57,065 nt of DNA from a virus (lineage: Duplodnaviria; Caudoviricetes). The stretch spans positions 1 to 57,065 of IMG/VR virus record IMGVR_UViG_3300033388_003385. One strand, given 5' to 3'. Position 1 is the stretch's first letter. Every line of letters begins with the position of its first letter. Position numbers and translations under genes: made by a program. The notes beneath the pieces were generated by a model that searched no databases, was not told the DNA's origin, and saw only the letters and a program-made list of their open reading frames with translations. Below are positions 38,014-47,900 of the stretch, piece after piece.

Positions 38014-39015
38014 TCAGTCCTTAATTTCCGGCGCTGGCGGCGCGATGTAGTCCTTATGCCCGAGTATAGCGATTGGGTATGGATTTGGCGGCGGCGTGCC
38101 GTAGTGCCACTCATAATAGACGGCGTGGAAGTGTGCAAGGAACAGCTTCACCGCGTACCGCTTTGCCCTTGCATGTATTTGGGCCTTCGGCAATCGCCCT
38201 TGGATGAGCTGCTTATACGCCTCGGTCGACTTGCTCCAGTTCTTTTCCTCCAACGCTCGCGCGGCTTGCTCTGAGAACCCGCCACGCTCATTCTTGACCG
38301 TCTCTTCAGCCTTTCGTTTCTGGTAAAGCTTTCCGTAGAACGCGTCGTCTTTACCCGATACCTTAGTGAACGACTCACCGATAAGCCAGCATCTCTTTTT
38401 GAGCTCGGCGTTATGCGGGCGTCTTGCCAGCGACTTAGCGAGCGACGTGATGGTAAGCGGGATTTTCTCACCATCATTATCCGACGTCGCAAACTTGTGC
38501 AACGTCTCATACTTACGGTCATACCGCGCCGCAATGAGATGTATATCTTCAATGGTCGGCTTCTTACCATTGACCTCTTCCTTGACCAGTTTTAGCGCCT
38601 TCTCAGCAGAGAACCAGTCGCGTTTCGGGTCAAGCCCGGCATAGCGCCAGATGGCGCCAGCGGTTGGCGCTTTCTCTATATCTATATGCGCCAATAAGAC
38701 CGAGGCAATAACCGGGCCGATGCCCATGATGGACGTTGCCCATTGCCCGACGGGGTGACCCTTGGCGTAATGCTCCAGCGCCCGCGCCATCTGCTTTTCC
38801 ATCGTATGCACTTGCTCGTGCATCCATTCCAACACGTTGCAATGTGCGTTATCGACGCCTTGTGTCGCCGCCCGCAACTGGCCCTCGATAGCCGTCCGTT
38901 GTTTCTGCATCCCGTAATACCCGTCTACCAGGTATCTCGCCTCGGCGCGGTTCATCATCGACGCCCCTTTTTTGAGGTCTTTATCGAGCCTCTCGATAAT
39001 ATTCGCATCAATCAT
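38014..39015 (-). CDS. tasA: TIGR-associated Nop-domain protein without nuclease domain (TasA-like, 333 aa)
   Basis: Coiled coil then SIMGIGPVIASVLLAHIDIEKAPTAGAIWRYAGLDP, HNAELKKRCWLIGESF, HARAKRYAVKLFL (Nop/IS110 C-terminal fold); no RuvC DEDD or HNH; AGGAG RBS; arrays on both sides. Confidence 0.88.
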   Translation of the reverse strand: MIDANIIERLDKDLKKGASMMNRAEARYLVDGYYGMQKQRTAIEGQLRAATQGVDNAHCNVLEWMHEQVHTMEKQMARALEHYAKGHPVGQWATSIMGIGPVIASVLLAHIDIEKAPTAGAIWRYAGLDPKRDWFSAEKALKLVKEEVNGKKPTIEDIHLIAARYDRKYETLHKFATSDNDGEKIPLTITSLAKSLARRPHNAELKKRCWLIGESFTKVSGKDDAFYGKLYQKRKAEETVKNERGGFSEQAARALEEKNWSKSTEAYKQLIQGRLPKAQIHARAKRYAVKLFLAHFHAVYYEWHYGTPPPNPYPIAILGHKDYIAPPAPEIKD

Positions 39016-39038
39016 TCTGTACTCCTATTCTGGGTTAA

Positions 39039-39551
39039 GGATTCACTCACGGTTTATGGTACTCTCATGGTATATGGTTCACTCGTTGATATTGGTGCTT
39101 TCGATCAGTGTGGTTCATTCCTGTACTTTGATACTTTCGGCTGAGTTGGTTCACTCTCTTATCATGTTACTTTCATTCAATATGGTTCACTCACAGTCCA
39201 TGGTGCTATCGCCAAGGTTTATTCATTCGCGTACATTGGTGCTTTCGAGTGCGTTGGTTCACTCATTCCATATGGTTCTATCTGGATACTTGGTTCATTC
39301 TCTAACTTTGGTTCTATCGACGTTGATTGGTTCACTCTGTCCTAATGGTACTATCTGGTGCTTTGGTTCACTCTCTTATCATGTTGCGATCAGCTTTGAA
39401 GATTCACTCGTCGCATATGGTTCTATCGCTAAAGATGATTCACTCCTGTGGGTTGATGCTGTCGGCTCACTTGGTTCACTCTCATATCATGGTTCTTTCT
39501 GTTACTGTCGGTTCACTCGGGAGCTATGGTACTGTCATGGAACTTGGTTCA
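39039..39551 (-). ncRNA. TIGR-like array B (about 14 units of 36 nt), upstream of tas
   Basis: Same dual 10-nt repeats and 8-9 nt variable segments. Confidence 0.92.
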
Positions 39552-40604
39552 AAAAATAAACTCTTTCATTTCCCGTTTGATGTAGATCAGGGTCCAATCG
39601 ACATCGTCTTCATCCCGATAGTTAATCCTAATTTCCCCATCTTTGACGACGAACTCAGCGTCCACAATTTTGAAATCAAGCTCTAGCCAGGTCTTAGGGT
39701 GACCTTTTATAATATCTTCGGGATCGTGATGCGGATTGTCGGCATACCATTCATTCCGTACGCGCCCCATTAGCGGATTTGTGGTATTGAAGTGATCCTT
39801 AATCGATAACTCATTATTCCTCAAGATCGTTACCCGGTAGGACGCGGAGGACGGCCTAAGGTTCATTTGCTTAAACGCCTCCATCGGTTGCTCTTCGGGG
39901 TACAGGTTGAGCTCTTTGATCAATGATACTAAGATATCCATGCTCGTATCGCCAAGGCATGTACAGACCTTAAGGAGGTCGTCTTTCTTGGTCTTATCCT
40001 CAAGTAGATCGTCAGCTACTTCGAGGATCATATCATCTTTCAGCCCATTATACTTTTTCAGGTAGTGGATGCGGCTGGGCCGGTTAAGCATGTACTGAGT
40101 AAGCTGCGTATACTCATTGATGGTAAGCAGGAACAGAAATTTACTGTTGAACTTACCGTCAAGAATATTAAGTAGAGAGTTTTGTTGTTCATTCTCCTTA
40201 TAGATCTTTTCAAACTCATCCATAAAGATCACACAATCCTGTGGGATTTTAGAGAGGAAGCTTAAGAACTCACTGCCGCCGTATGCCTGCGGAATGATGA
40301 TGACGGGTAGCCCGGAATCGTTGCACACCTTTTGCGCCAGCATCGATTTTCCTGTACCCTTCATCCCGCTCAGGAGCACGCCTAGATTGCCATCCCAGCT
40401 ATGGAACGAGTTGAGGTAGCGCGCGCTGAGTTCCGGCGGCTCGCCGTAGATCTTCTCAGGCATAGAGAACGCGTTTGTTTTTTCGAGGTAGAAGCATTCC
40501 CGCATCTTGTGCCAGCGTACGAGCCAGTTACAGACGGGGATTTCGTCAACGGTTTTACCCTGCATCTCTTCAAGATACAGCTTGTTTGATTCAAGAAACA
40601 TCAA
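39549..40604 (-). CDS. AAA+ ATPase (351 aa)
   Basis: Walker A GMKGTGKS, Walker B IFMDEFEK, LLNILDG, NRPSRIHY arginine finger. Confidence 0.9.
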   Translation of the reverse strand: MMFLESNKLYLEEMQGKTVDEIPVCNWLVRWHKMRECFYLEKTNAFSMPEKIYGEPPELSARYLNSFHSWDGNLGVLLSGMKGTGKSMLAQKVCNDSGLPVIIIPQAYGGSEFLSFLSKIPQDCVIFMDEFEKIYKENEQQNSLLNILDGKFNSKFLFLLTINEYTQLTQYMLNRPSRIHYLKKYNGLKDDMILEVADDLLEDKTKKDDLLKVCTCLGDTSMDILVSLIKELNLYPEEQPMEAFKQMNLRPSSASYRVTILRNNELSIKDHFNTTNPLMGRVRNEWYADNPHHDPEDIIKGHPKTWLELDFKIVDAEFVVKDGEIRINYRDEDDVDWTLIYIKREMKEFIF

Positions 40605-41332
40605 TCAGGATCTCCTATAGGGTTAATTAAGCCAATCGCCTTTAAGTGTTGTTTTTCGAGCTTATCCATAAGCCCGCATCGGTTGCAGTTGAGGTTGAGT
40701 AGGTTCTCAAGGACTGCCTCATCACTGTCGCCTACCTGGCCGATACTGGCGCATAGCCGCGACTCGCCGGGATAGATACTACCGTCAGCCCCAATGCATG
40801 GCGTACACATCTTGCAGCGCTGCCGGAGAGTCATAATAGCAACAGGCAGGCTTTTAAAGTGTCTTGCTATGGAACGCAGATTAAAGCAGGATGGCGATTG
40901 TTTACCTGTCGTCGCCCCGGCCGAACGCCCGAGCGGTAGAATCTCCGAAGCGATCCGCGGGACATAAAACACAGTCTCGTGCTCAATGACTTTTACTTTT
41001 CGCGGGTAGTACCGCTCATCGTTGGTGATTTGCCACAAACATGGGAGTTCCAGGTACAACGCGGCGCGCTGTTTATCCTCCATCCATGACCCGTTAGAAC
41101 AGACCATGACGGCAATGTTATTTGCCGCCGCAAGTTTGATAAAATCGACAACCATCGGATGCTCAGTCGGTTCACCGCCGCCAAGAATAACGCCAGGCAA
41201 CGGATCGACGCGCCTTGACCACCCCAGCGCTGCTCCGAATATAAAAAGCGTCATATCGTCACCGTCCGGCAATGCATCGTCAAAGCAATGCGAACAGCCC
41301 ATACTACACCGTGTCGTAATCTTAATCAGCAT
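40601..41332 (-). CDS. Radical SAM protein (243 aa)
   Basis: CSMGCSHC (CxxxCxxC), GGEPT, SNG, extra C-terminal cysteines. Confidence 0.9.
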   Translation of the reverse strand: MLIKITTRCSMGCSHCFDDALPDGDDMTLFIFGAALGWSRRVDPLPGVILGGGEPTEHPMVVDFIKLAAANNIAVMVCSNGSWMEDKQRAALYLELPCLWQITNDERYYPRKVKVIEHETVFYVPRIASEILPLGRSAGATTGKQSPSCFNLRSIARHFKSLPVAIMTLRQRCKMCTPCIGADGSIYPGESRLCASIGQVGDSDEAVLENLLNLNCNRCGLMDKLEKQHLKAIGLINPIGDPD

Positions 41333-41351
41333 ACATATACCTATCTGGATA

Positions 41352-41424
41352 AAAAGAGGAGCCGAGCCTACGGACTGATGCGGGTTGCAAGCGTTTCAGT
41401 GAACCCGTAGACCCGACCCCTACA
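41352..41424 (-). promoter_or_regulatory. Long hairpin, terminator or attenuator
   Basis: 18-bp G-U-rich stem AGGGGUCGGGUCUACGGG/UCCGUAGGCUCGGCUCCU followed by CUUUU. Confidence 0.55.
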
Positions 41425-41429
41425 ATGGA

Positions 41430-41885
41430 TTAATTCAAATCCCCTTCGTCCTCAACCATTCTGCCGCCCGCCTCAAATTGCTCTTGCCATTCACCGAGTT
41501 CCCGGCCTGGTAGAATCTCAGCGATAGTGGTGTGATCGATCAACCCGTCATGCCCGAGGAGTGTCAGTATTTCTTTTCGATCTTCTTGCTCTGAAACCGG
41601 TTCTTTATATGCAGCCCACCCCTCGGACACAAATATGTATGGGTGATGTTGACTGCGGATCTGTGACAGTAGCGCGGCAACCCGGCCTTTTTCTATCTCA
41701 TTACTCAAGTCAACCGGCACAAACGCCAGCTCAGAGTTTTTCGGGTCGGCACTCCAGATGACCACATGCGGTTGAATGCAGTCGGGACACTCACGGGCCA
41801 TCTCAGCTACTTGAGTTTTTGCCAGCTCAAGGAACTCATTGAAGTCTGTGAATGTCCGTTTGATTACTATCGCTTCACCTATCAT
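41430..41885 (-). CDS. Hypothetical protein (151 aa)
   Basis: YIFVSEGW..DRKEIL motif; coupled ORF. Confidence 0.7.
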   Translation of the reverse strand: MIGEAIVIKRTFTDFNEFLELAKTQVAEMARECPDCIQPHVVIWSADPKNSELAFVPVDLSNEIEKGRVAALLSQIRSQHHPYIFVSEGWAAYKEPVSEQEDRKEILTLLGHDGLIDHTTIAEILPGRELGEWQEQFEAGGRMVEDEGDLN

Positions 41886-42430
41886 ATCGTCCTACTCCCG
41901 AACAAGAATTTACATAACCGTTTATGTCCATGTATCGCCCCAGCGCGCGAGCAATACCTTTGCATGATATCTTGGTCATATTCACCACCGAACACCATCG
42001 TTTCATAGAGGATCGGTTTACCGCCGCTAAAATTATAATCCAACCCAAGGAAGACGGTAGAGACACACACACTGTCTTTTCTCGTCTTTCGAATACCCCT
42101 GGTTTTCCAGCCGCCTTCATACCAGAAGCCCCACTCACCAAGCGGCCTAGCTTTTTTAACAATCCCGTTCGAAATGATATAGAGCCCCGTTCCGCCGGGT
42201 CTACGTTGTCCAAAAATAGAGAGTAAGGCGTCTATCGCCTCCGGGTCATCCGTGCGCGATAGCTGTAATCGCAACGGATGTAGCTTCATTCGCGCCAACC
42301 GCCTAACCCGGTTTCGTCGGACCTCGGCATATCCTGGCCGATACCGCCCGGAAAATGCCCCCCGGCTAAATGCCGGGGAGCACCTATGGGGTGGGGGGAG
42401 ATGGGGATGGTGATTGTTACGAGCCTTCAC
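41882..42430 (-). CDS. Hypothetical protein; C-terminal domain paralogous to 42589-42885
   Basis: VSTVFLGLDY..PILYETMVFGG..RY..A..GH; start uncertain. Confidence 0.6.
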   Translation of the reverse strand: MKARNNHHPHLPPPHRCSPAFSRGAFSGRYRPGYAEVRRNRVRRLARMKLHPLRLQLSRTDDPEAIDALLSIFGQRRPGGTGLYIISNGIVKKARPLGEWGFWYEGGWKTRGIRKTRKDSVCVSTVFLGLDYNFSGGKPILYETMVFGGEYDQDIMQRYCSRAGAIHGHKRLCKFLFGSRTI

Positions 42431-42575
42431 AGAACCCCTCCACGTTACGCATGATGCTTTGGAGTTTCAGCTCAAGCTCATCGAGAGCGTTATGCACCAT
42501 CGCAACAGGCGTAAACGGCGAGTTGATTAACTCGATACAAGTATCAAGTAGGCGCTGTGCTGGAGCGATCTGCAT
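42417..42575 (-). CDS. Small hypothetical protein (52 aa)
   Basis: ATG 42575 after upstream stop; fills gap. Confidence 0.45.
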   Translation of the reverse strand: MQIAPAQRLLDTCIELINSPFTPVAMVHNALDELELKLQSIMRNVEGFCEGS

Positions 42576-42588
42576 AATCAGGCTAGCC

Positions 42589-42885
42589 TTATTTGAATGC
42601 CATTCGGCAGACTTCTTTGTGTCCTCTTTCTGCTGCTGGTTGGCTGGCGTATCGCCAGTTTTTCCCGTCGAGATCCCCACCGGCGACGATGGTTTCGAAG
42701 ACAAACGGCCCGGCAGCGCTGATCGACATATCGACCCCGACAAAGATGGTGATAACGACGATCCCGTTTTTCTCTGTTCTGTCGACGACCCGGTCGGTGC
42801 TCGCCATCCATTTACGCCATGTAGCAGCGTCGTTAATCGGGACGACGCTGTTTGTCTCATTGAGAATGAACCGCCATTCGCGCAT
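42589..42885 (-). CDS. Hypothetical protein (98 aa)
   Basis: VITIFVGVD..PFVFETIVAGG..RY..A..GH; RBS. Confidence 0.7.
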   Translation of the reverse strand: MREWRFILNETNSVVPINDAATWRKWMASTDRVVDRTEKNGIVVITIFVGVDMSISAAGPFVFETIVAGGDLDGKNWRYASQPAAERGHKEVCRMAFK

Positions 42886-42913
42886 AGCATCTTTTTACCT
42901 TCTCCCTTATCCA

Positions 42914-44587
42914 TTACTTAATCCCCAGTAGCCCCGGCAATTGGGACGCGTCATCTTCGTTGATCACCCCCAGCGCCAGTAGTTTCGCTGAGAACTCCTT
43001 AATGACCTCGCTTGGTAATGTCGCTCGACGTGTTTTCGCGGCTTCCTGGATAAGCAGGCAATCATCGATACCAGCACTCGCGACATAGTTCAAGACATCG
43101 CGTAGCCGCATTTGGCCATACGGAATCGTCGACGGCAACGGCAGCGCTGGCAAGCTTGAATTCATCGGAGGCCAATCAAGGTTTTCATCGGTCGTCGGTG
43201 GTGAATCGACCACGTCCGCCAATGGCTCAATATGCGGTGTCGGGTTGGTGTTCTGCTTACTAGGCCCTCTGCCTCTCTGCTTACTCGAATGCGCATCGAT
43301 TTGTGCTTTCAGCTCAGGCTCAAATTGTTCCCTACACCGATAGAAAGTACTTATACTAAATACCTCCTCATGAGGGGTACAGTCAGCATAGAGTTCCATC
43401 GCCTTATCGAAGGAAACGTTGTTTGTGAGGTAAAAGTCTGCGAATTTGCGGGCAAACGTCATTTTCTCTGATAACGATGGATGTTTTCTGCTAGCGGGCG
43501 GCGGTGGGCTTGCTGTTTCGCCCTCAGCAGGCAACTCAGGGTTAAGCCTTTTCTTGGTCTGATAGTAGACCCACGCAGAAAATACTTGTTTGTCCGGGTT
43601 AAGCTTGGCGTATTGTACAATTGCCTTTTCAGCGCCGAGAGATTCTTCAGCGCAAAGCGCCGCCAGCGCTTTGGTAAATTCTATTTGGTCCGGAGTCGGC
43701 GTAAACCTTTCAACCGCACTCTTTCGGTTTTTGGTCTTAGCGGTTTTAGACCGCTTCTTGTCACCAAGCCCCCGGAATAACGGAGCCAACTCCATCTGGA
43801 TTTCTTTCGGCAACTCCGCCCGCAGGCCGTTAACGAACATAGATAGAGTGATTTTCTCAGCGGACTGGTTTTCAGCGAGATACTGGGTTATCCCCGTTTC
43901 TGCGTCGACTTTCCGCGTAAGGCACAATTGCGCCACACCTAGCGCCGTTTCGATCCTCTTGCTCTTCACCTGTGCCTTGTTCTTTTTAACTTTCGGGCTG
44001 TTATTGCTCGCCCCTAACCCCTTACCAGACCGCCAGAGGTAGTACTGGCTCTGAACGACCGTGTCCCCGGTCTCCTTGTTGTATTCTGTTAGAGCCTCAT
44101 CCAGGCTCATGGTTTGCCGTAGTTTAACGATTCGTTCGCTGGCTTCGCGCTTCTGCTCTGTTGATCGGTGTTTCATCTCATCTCCTTTGCATTTTTCACA
44201 GTACTGCCCTGATGCTGAATAGTATGTCCTGCAGCTTATCCCTTCGCATTTACGTGATTTATACACACGCTCCCTTCTGAGCTTTGGTATTTTACCTGCA
44301 TGCCGGAGCTCCTTACATCCTAAGCAGTACCCATTCCTTTGGCCCGGCGGCAACCGTTCAGCGCAGCGGACGCATAGCGGGATCTCCCGGCCGTGCTGCT
44401 CACTCGCTATAAGGTTTTGGTTCTCGATAGCGGCGGTGTGCTCTTTCGACTTTTTTCGGGCTGATTGCTCGACCGCATCATCGCGCTTTTGTTTATCGAG
44501 AGTTTTGGTAGCGCTGTGGCTACCTGACGATTCGAATGAATCTTCCATCTTCCGTCCCAGCTCACGGCCGGTATTCATCTTATCCAT
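42914..44587 (-). CDS. Hypothetical basic protein with N-terminal Cys clusters and repeated helical modules
   Basis: Long ORF; start revised to 44587 (downstream of promoter); strong in-frame internal RBS and ATG at 44176. Confidence 0.65.
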   Translation of the reverse strand: MDKMNTGRELGRKMEDSFESSGSHSATKTLDKQKRDDAVEQSARKKSKEHTAAIENQNLIASEQHGREIPLCVRCAERLPPGQRNGYCLGCKELRHAGKIPKLRRERVYKSRKCEGISCRTYYSASGQYCEKCKGDEMKHRSTEQKREASERIVKLRQTMSLDEALTEYNKETGDTVVQSQYYLWRSGKGLGASNNSPKVKKNKAQVKSKRIETALGVAQLCLTRKVDAETGITQYLAENQSAEKITLSMFVNGLRAELPKEIQMELAPLFRGLGDKKRSKTAKTKNRKSAVERFTPTPDQIEFTKALAALCAEESLGAEKAIVQYAKLNPDKQVFSAWVYYQTKKRLNPELPAEGETASPPPPASRKHPSLSEKMTFARKFADFYLTNNVSFDKAMELYADCTPHEEVFSISTFYRCREQFEPELKAQIDAHSSKQRGRGPSKQNTNPTPHIEPLADVVDSPPTTDENLDWPPMNSSLPALPLPSTIPYGQMRLRDVLNYVASAGIDDCLLIQEAAKTRRATLPSEVIKEFSAKLLALGVINEDDASQLPGLLGIK

Positions 44588-44687
44588 AGTACACAATCCT
44601 TCGGTATAGATCGGCAGTAGAAACAAATGGTAGGGGGGACCATCTCCATATTTCAGACCATATTTTGTTTTTTTCGGTGGAACAGTA

Positions 44688-44716
44688 AGAATAGCCTGAA
44701 ATATAATTGCGGTCAA
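44688..44716 (-). promoter_or_regulatory. Sigma70-type promoter for operon ending in TIGR-Tas
   Basis: TTGACC-17 bp-TATTCT, with A tract upstream. Confidence 0.6.
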
Positions 44717-44818
44717 ACGTTTTTTTTGATTTTCTGATGTGCCCCGTAGTAGGAGAGGGCACAAATCACCGCTGTTCATAGGCGTTCACCACTATCCCCG
44801 AGCGTCCGGCGCGTGCCC

Positions 44819-44852
44819 AAAAAAAGGAGCCCTCCGTTAAACGAAGAGCTCC
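44819..44852 (-). terminator. Intrinsic terminator after the giant gene
   Basis: GGAGCTCTTCG-TTTAA-CGGAGGGCTCC plus T run. Confidence 0.8.
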
Positions 44853-44960
44853 ACACCGAAAAAAAACAGAAGCACTGAGATTAACACTAGGTTAAAAACA
44901 ACGCCGGTCTGCGTCTATACCATAAGCACCGCCGTGCATTTGTCACGCCGTGAATCCGTA

Positions 44961-47900
44961 TTATCTACGTCTTGACCCGCGACCGCGTCCACGTGTCCGC
45001 CGCGCCCGTCCGCGAATTGTCGGCCTGCCCTCGATAACCTCTTCAGGCTCAAGTTCCAGCAAGCTTTCTTCCTCAGCACGCTCAGCCAGCCCGGCCCGGA
45101 TTTTTTCTTGTCGGGGCGGCGTGCGCATCCTGGTAACCGCGGATTTGATTGTCCGGCGCGTGACAAGTGGGATGGCCTTATTGCGTTGTCGACGTACCGC
45201 CGCGTTATAGGCCTCCATATCATTGATCGTACGTCCGAGCGCCCCGGTATCGTTCTTGAGCAGCGCCCGCCGCATCTGCGCATAGAGTTCTGTACGTCGA
45301 TCGCTGAACGCCCCAGCCGCCCGTTTATCGCGCCATTGCCGGTCACGCATATACGAGATGTTCGACGGGTTGAACTGCAGCGAGCGTAGCAGGAACTCGA
45401 AGTTGGACGCCTTGAGCCGATCCTCACCGTAGAACACCGGTTGATTCGTCCGCGTCGTGACGCCCTCGGACCATTCGCGGTAACCTTTGACAGGTGCACC
45501 CAGCGCTCGCGGCAACATTCTTTCGACGCCCTTGAGCGCATCACCGCGCATCAGGGAAGCAGCACCTTGGGTTAAGTCCTTATAGACCGAGTAGGGCGCA
45601 CCCAGGAAATCACCGAAGGATCGCGGCGCGCCGATATCAACGGCCAGCGACCCGGACAAGTTGAACCCTGCGAGCGACGGCACGCCCTGACGCGCCAGCT
45701 TTTCAGCGGGTTCACCCATTGTATCGCGTAACCAACCGTAGATCTTCTCTTCCGGTTGATCCGGTGCATCGAGGCCGAACGCACTAAAGACCGCGCGCAC
45801 GACCGTGACCGGGATCGCCGCCCCGGCCCCGCCGAGCAGCGTTGGCGCAAGGATCGCATAGGCCAGCGCCTTATGGTCTTTCTTTTCGTAGATCGACGCG
45901 AGCAGCTGGAAATAGTTATGTGTATACGTCTTGAACGTGTAGGCAGACTGTAGCGCCTGCGCCCCGAGTCCGGACCCGCGAACCGCCTTCGGCCGATTCA
46001 CCTTACCGTAAAGCCCGTGTGCTTTGTCCGTGATCTTGATTGCCTTATCGATGGCGTCGGCCCGTTCGGCTGGCGTGAACTCGGTTTTTCCGGCCTGGTC
46101 GCGCATGGCGCTATAGATGCCCATGACCGTACCGCCGCGGTTGACCCGTTCCGTAATCGCAAATGGATACATGAAGATGCGCATAAACGTATCCGCCCCG
46201 CGTCCAAGTTTGCCTTGGATTTGCTCCATAGCCTCACGGTTGAACAGCGCCTCATCATAGTTACGGTTACGCATTTCCTCGTAAGCCGCATGCATGTCCG
46301 CGTCTTTAATCCCTCCGCCGATCCCGCGCGTTTCATGGGCAAGCCCTTGGCTAAAGATCTTCATACCTTCACCAACGTACCGCAACCCTTTACGCAAGGG
46401 GATATTTGCGTAGGCCCGCATTGCCGCCGGGACGTTCGTTACCATCGCCGTAAGGTTGACGACACCGGGCGCGATACCTGTAAGGTACTTCATCGCCGCA
46501 AGTCCCTTAGCAACGCCCATGATACGTTCTGCCGGTTCCTCATTACGTAACAGTTCACGCGTAAAGCTTGTCGACTCCTCATAGAGGTTGGGTTGTTTCG
46601 CCGAATCGATCCGCCGGTCAGAGACAAGCTTACGGTAGTCCTCCCAGAGACTGCTGAGAGCATCTTGTTTCGCTTTGCCCGTCATCTTATCAAAGCCATC
46701 CGGCTTATTCACTTCCCGGTATTCCGCCCAGCTCTCTTCAGTACCAGTCATGATCTTTTGAGCTTGCTTGGCGAAGTTCGTTTTAGCCGTACCGCCTGCA
46801 ACCCCTTTCACGTATTTCGAGATAACCCGGCGTGAATCCTCGTCATAACCGCGGATGACCTGTTCACCCGTGGCGCCAAGCCGTCCGATCTTCGCAGCGC
46901 GCGAGCCCCGGCTTTCAACCTGTTTTGCGATCTGATTGACCAATGCTTGAGCGATAAGCCGAACCGGCGTACGCTCTTCAAGCTTCAGCCGTAGGAGACG
47001 ATTAGCCAGGTCGCTTTCAAGCGTTTGGCTTGGGTCTTTGAAGTGCCACGCTTTACCTTCTTCACCCTGGATCTCAAAGTATTTACCGCCGAAGTCTTTG
47101 AACACCTCATTGTACGCCTCTTTGAAGGGCGTTGTCAGGATCATGTAATCATCGACCCCGCCGTCTTTGCGTTTATACTCGATCTTCTTAGAGGTAATGC
47201 CCATGTCTTTGAGGTCGGCGATTTGTCGTTCTTCGCTGAACTCAGCAGAATCGAGCGCTTGCTGAATCATGTCATTCATCGCGACCAGGTCCAGGTCAAG
47301 GAAAGCCTGCTCACTCGGTCGTTCCGTCCGCTTCCAGGTGACCGCATAGCCTTTGTGCCGCATGGTAGAGGTCCACGCCCGCCGACCGATAGGCGTATCA
47401 AAGATCCGCATATCCACATCGTTGCCTTTCTTCGCCAGCGCCTGGAACCGTCCGCCGCCGCGTTGACGCGGGAAGTAGTGGCCGCGCCGGTCGCCCATTT
47501 CCCGGAGCGCATCGAATAAGTCAACCGTCGTTCCGTCGTCTGCCTCGATCTTGGTTGGATCAAGCCCGACCGCTTCCATTTCCTTAGCAACTCCGCCGAT
47601 GAATTGGGAGAGCTCATCATAGGTGCGGTTTGTGATCCGTCGCCACGCCGCGACCGCGTCCGCCTGTTCCTGGGTGAACTGCTTGTGCGTAATTAAATCG
47701 TTGACCTCACCGGCCACAGCCGCGCGCCATGCTGCTGCCTCGGTCTTGAAGATACCCTTTAGTTTGTAACCAGATGGTTTATAGACCTCGAACTGCCCGT
47801 CTTCATTTTGTTTGACCTTATAGCCCATCGCTTCACGGTCCATCTCAAGCAAGTATTGCTCAACCTTCTTGAATCCCGCCGGATCAGTCTTAGCTAGGTT

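Noticed and set aside
38014-39015. IS110 transposase / insertion sequence
   Set aside because: Has the C-terminal Nop-like motifs but no N-terminal DEDD RuvC domain, and is flanked by guide arrays
37304-39551. CRISPR array
   Set aside because: Repeats are 10 nt and alternate between two types, variable parts are 8-9 nt, and no cas genes are visible
38972-39686. MVHS/MVLS repeat-protein ORFs (also 37143-37821 and 18168-18633)
   Set aside because: Antisense to the operons; a by-product of the 36-nt period, with frames broken by 37-nt units
44588-44779. N-terminal extension of the 621-aa ORF
   Set aside because: Spans a predicted promoter and A-rich leader motif
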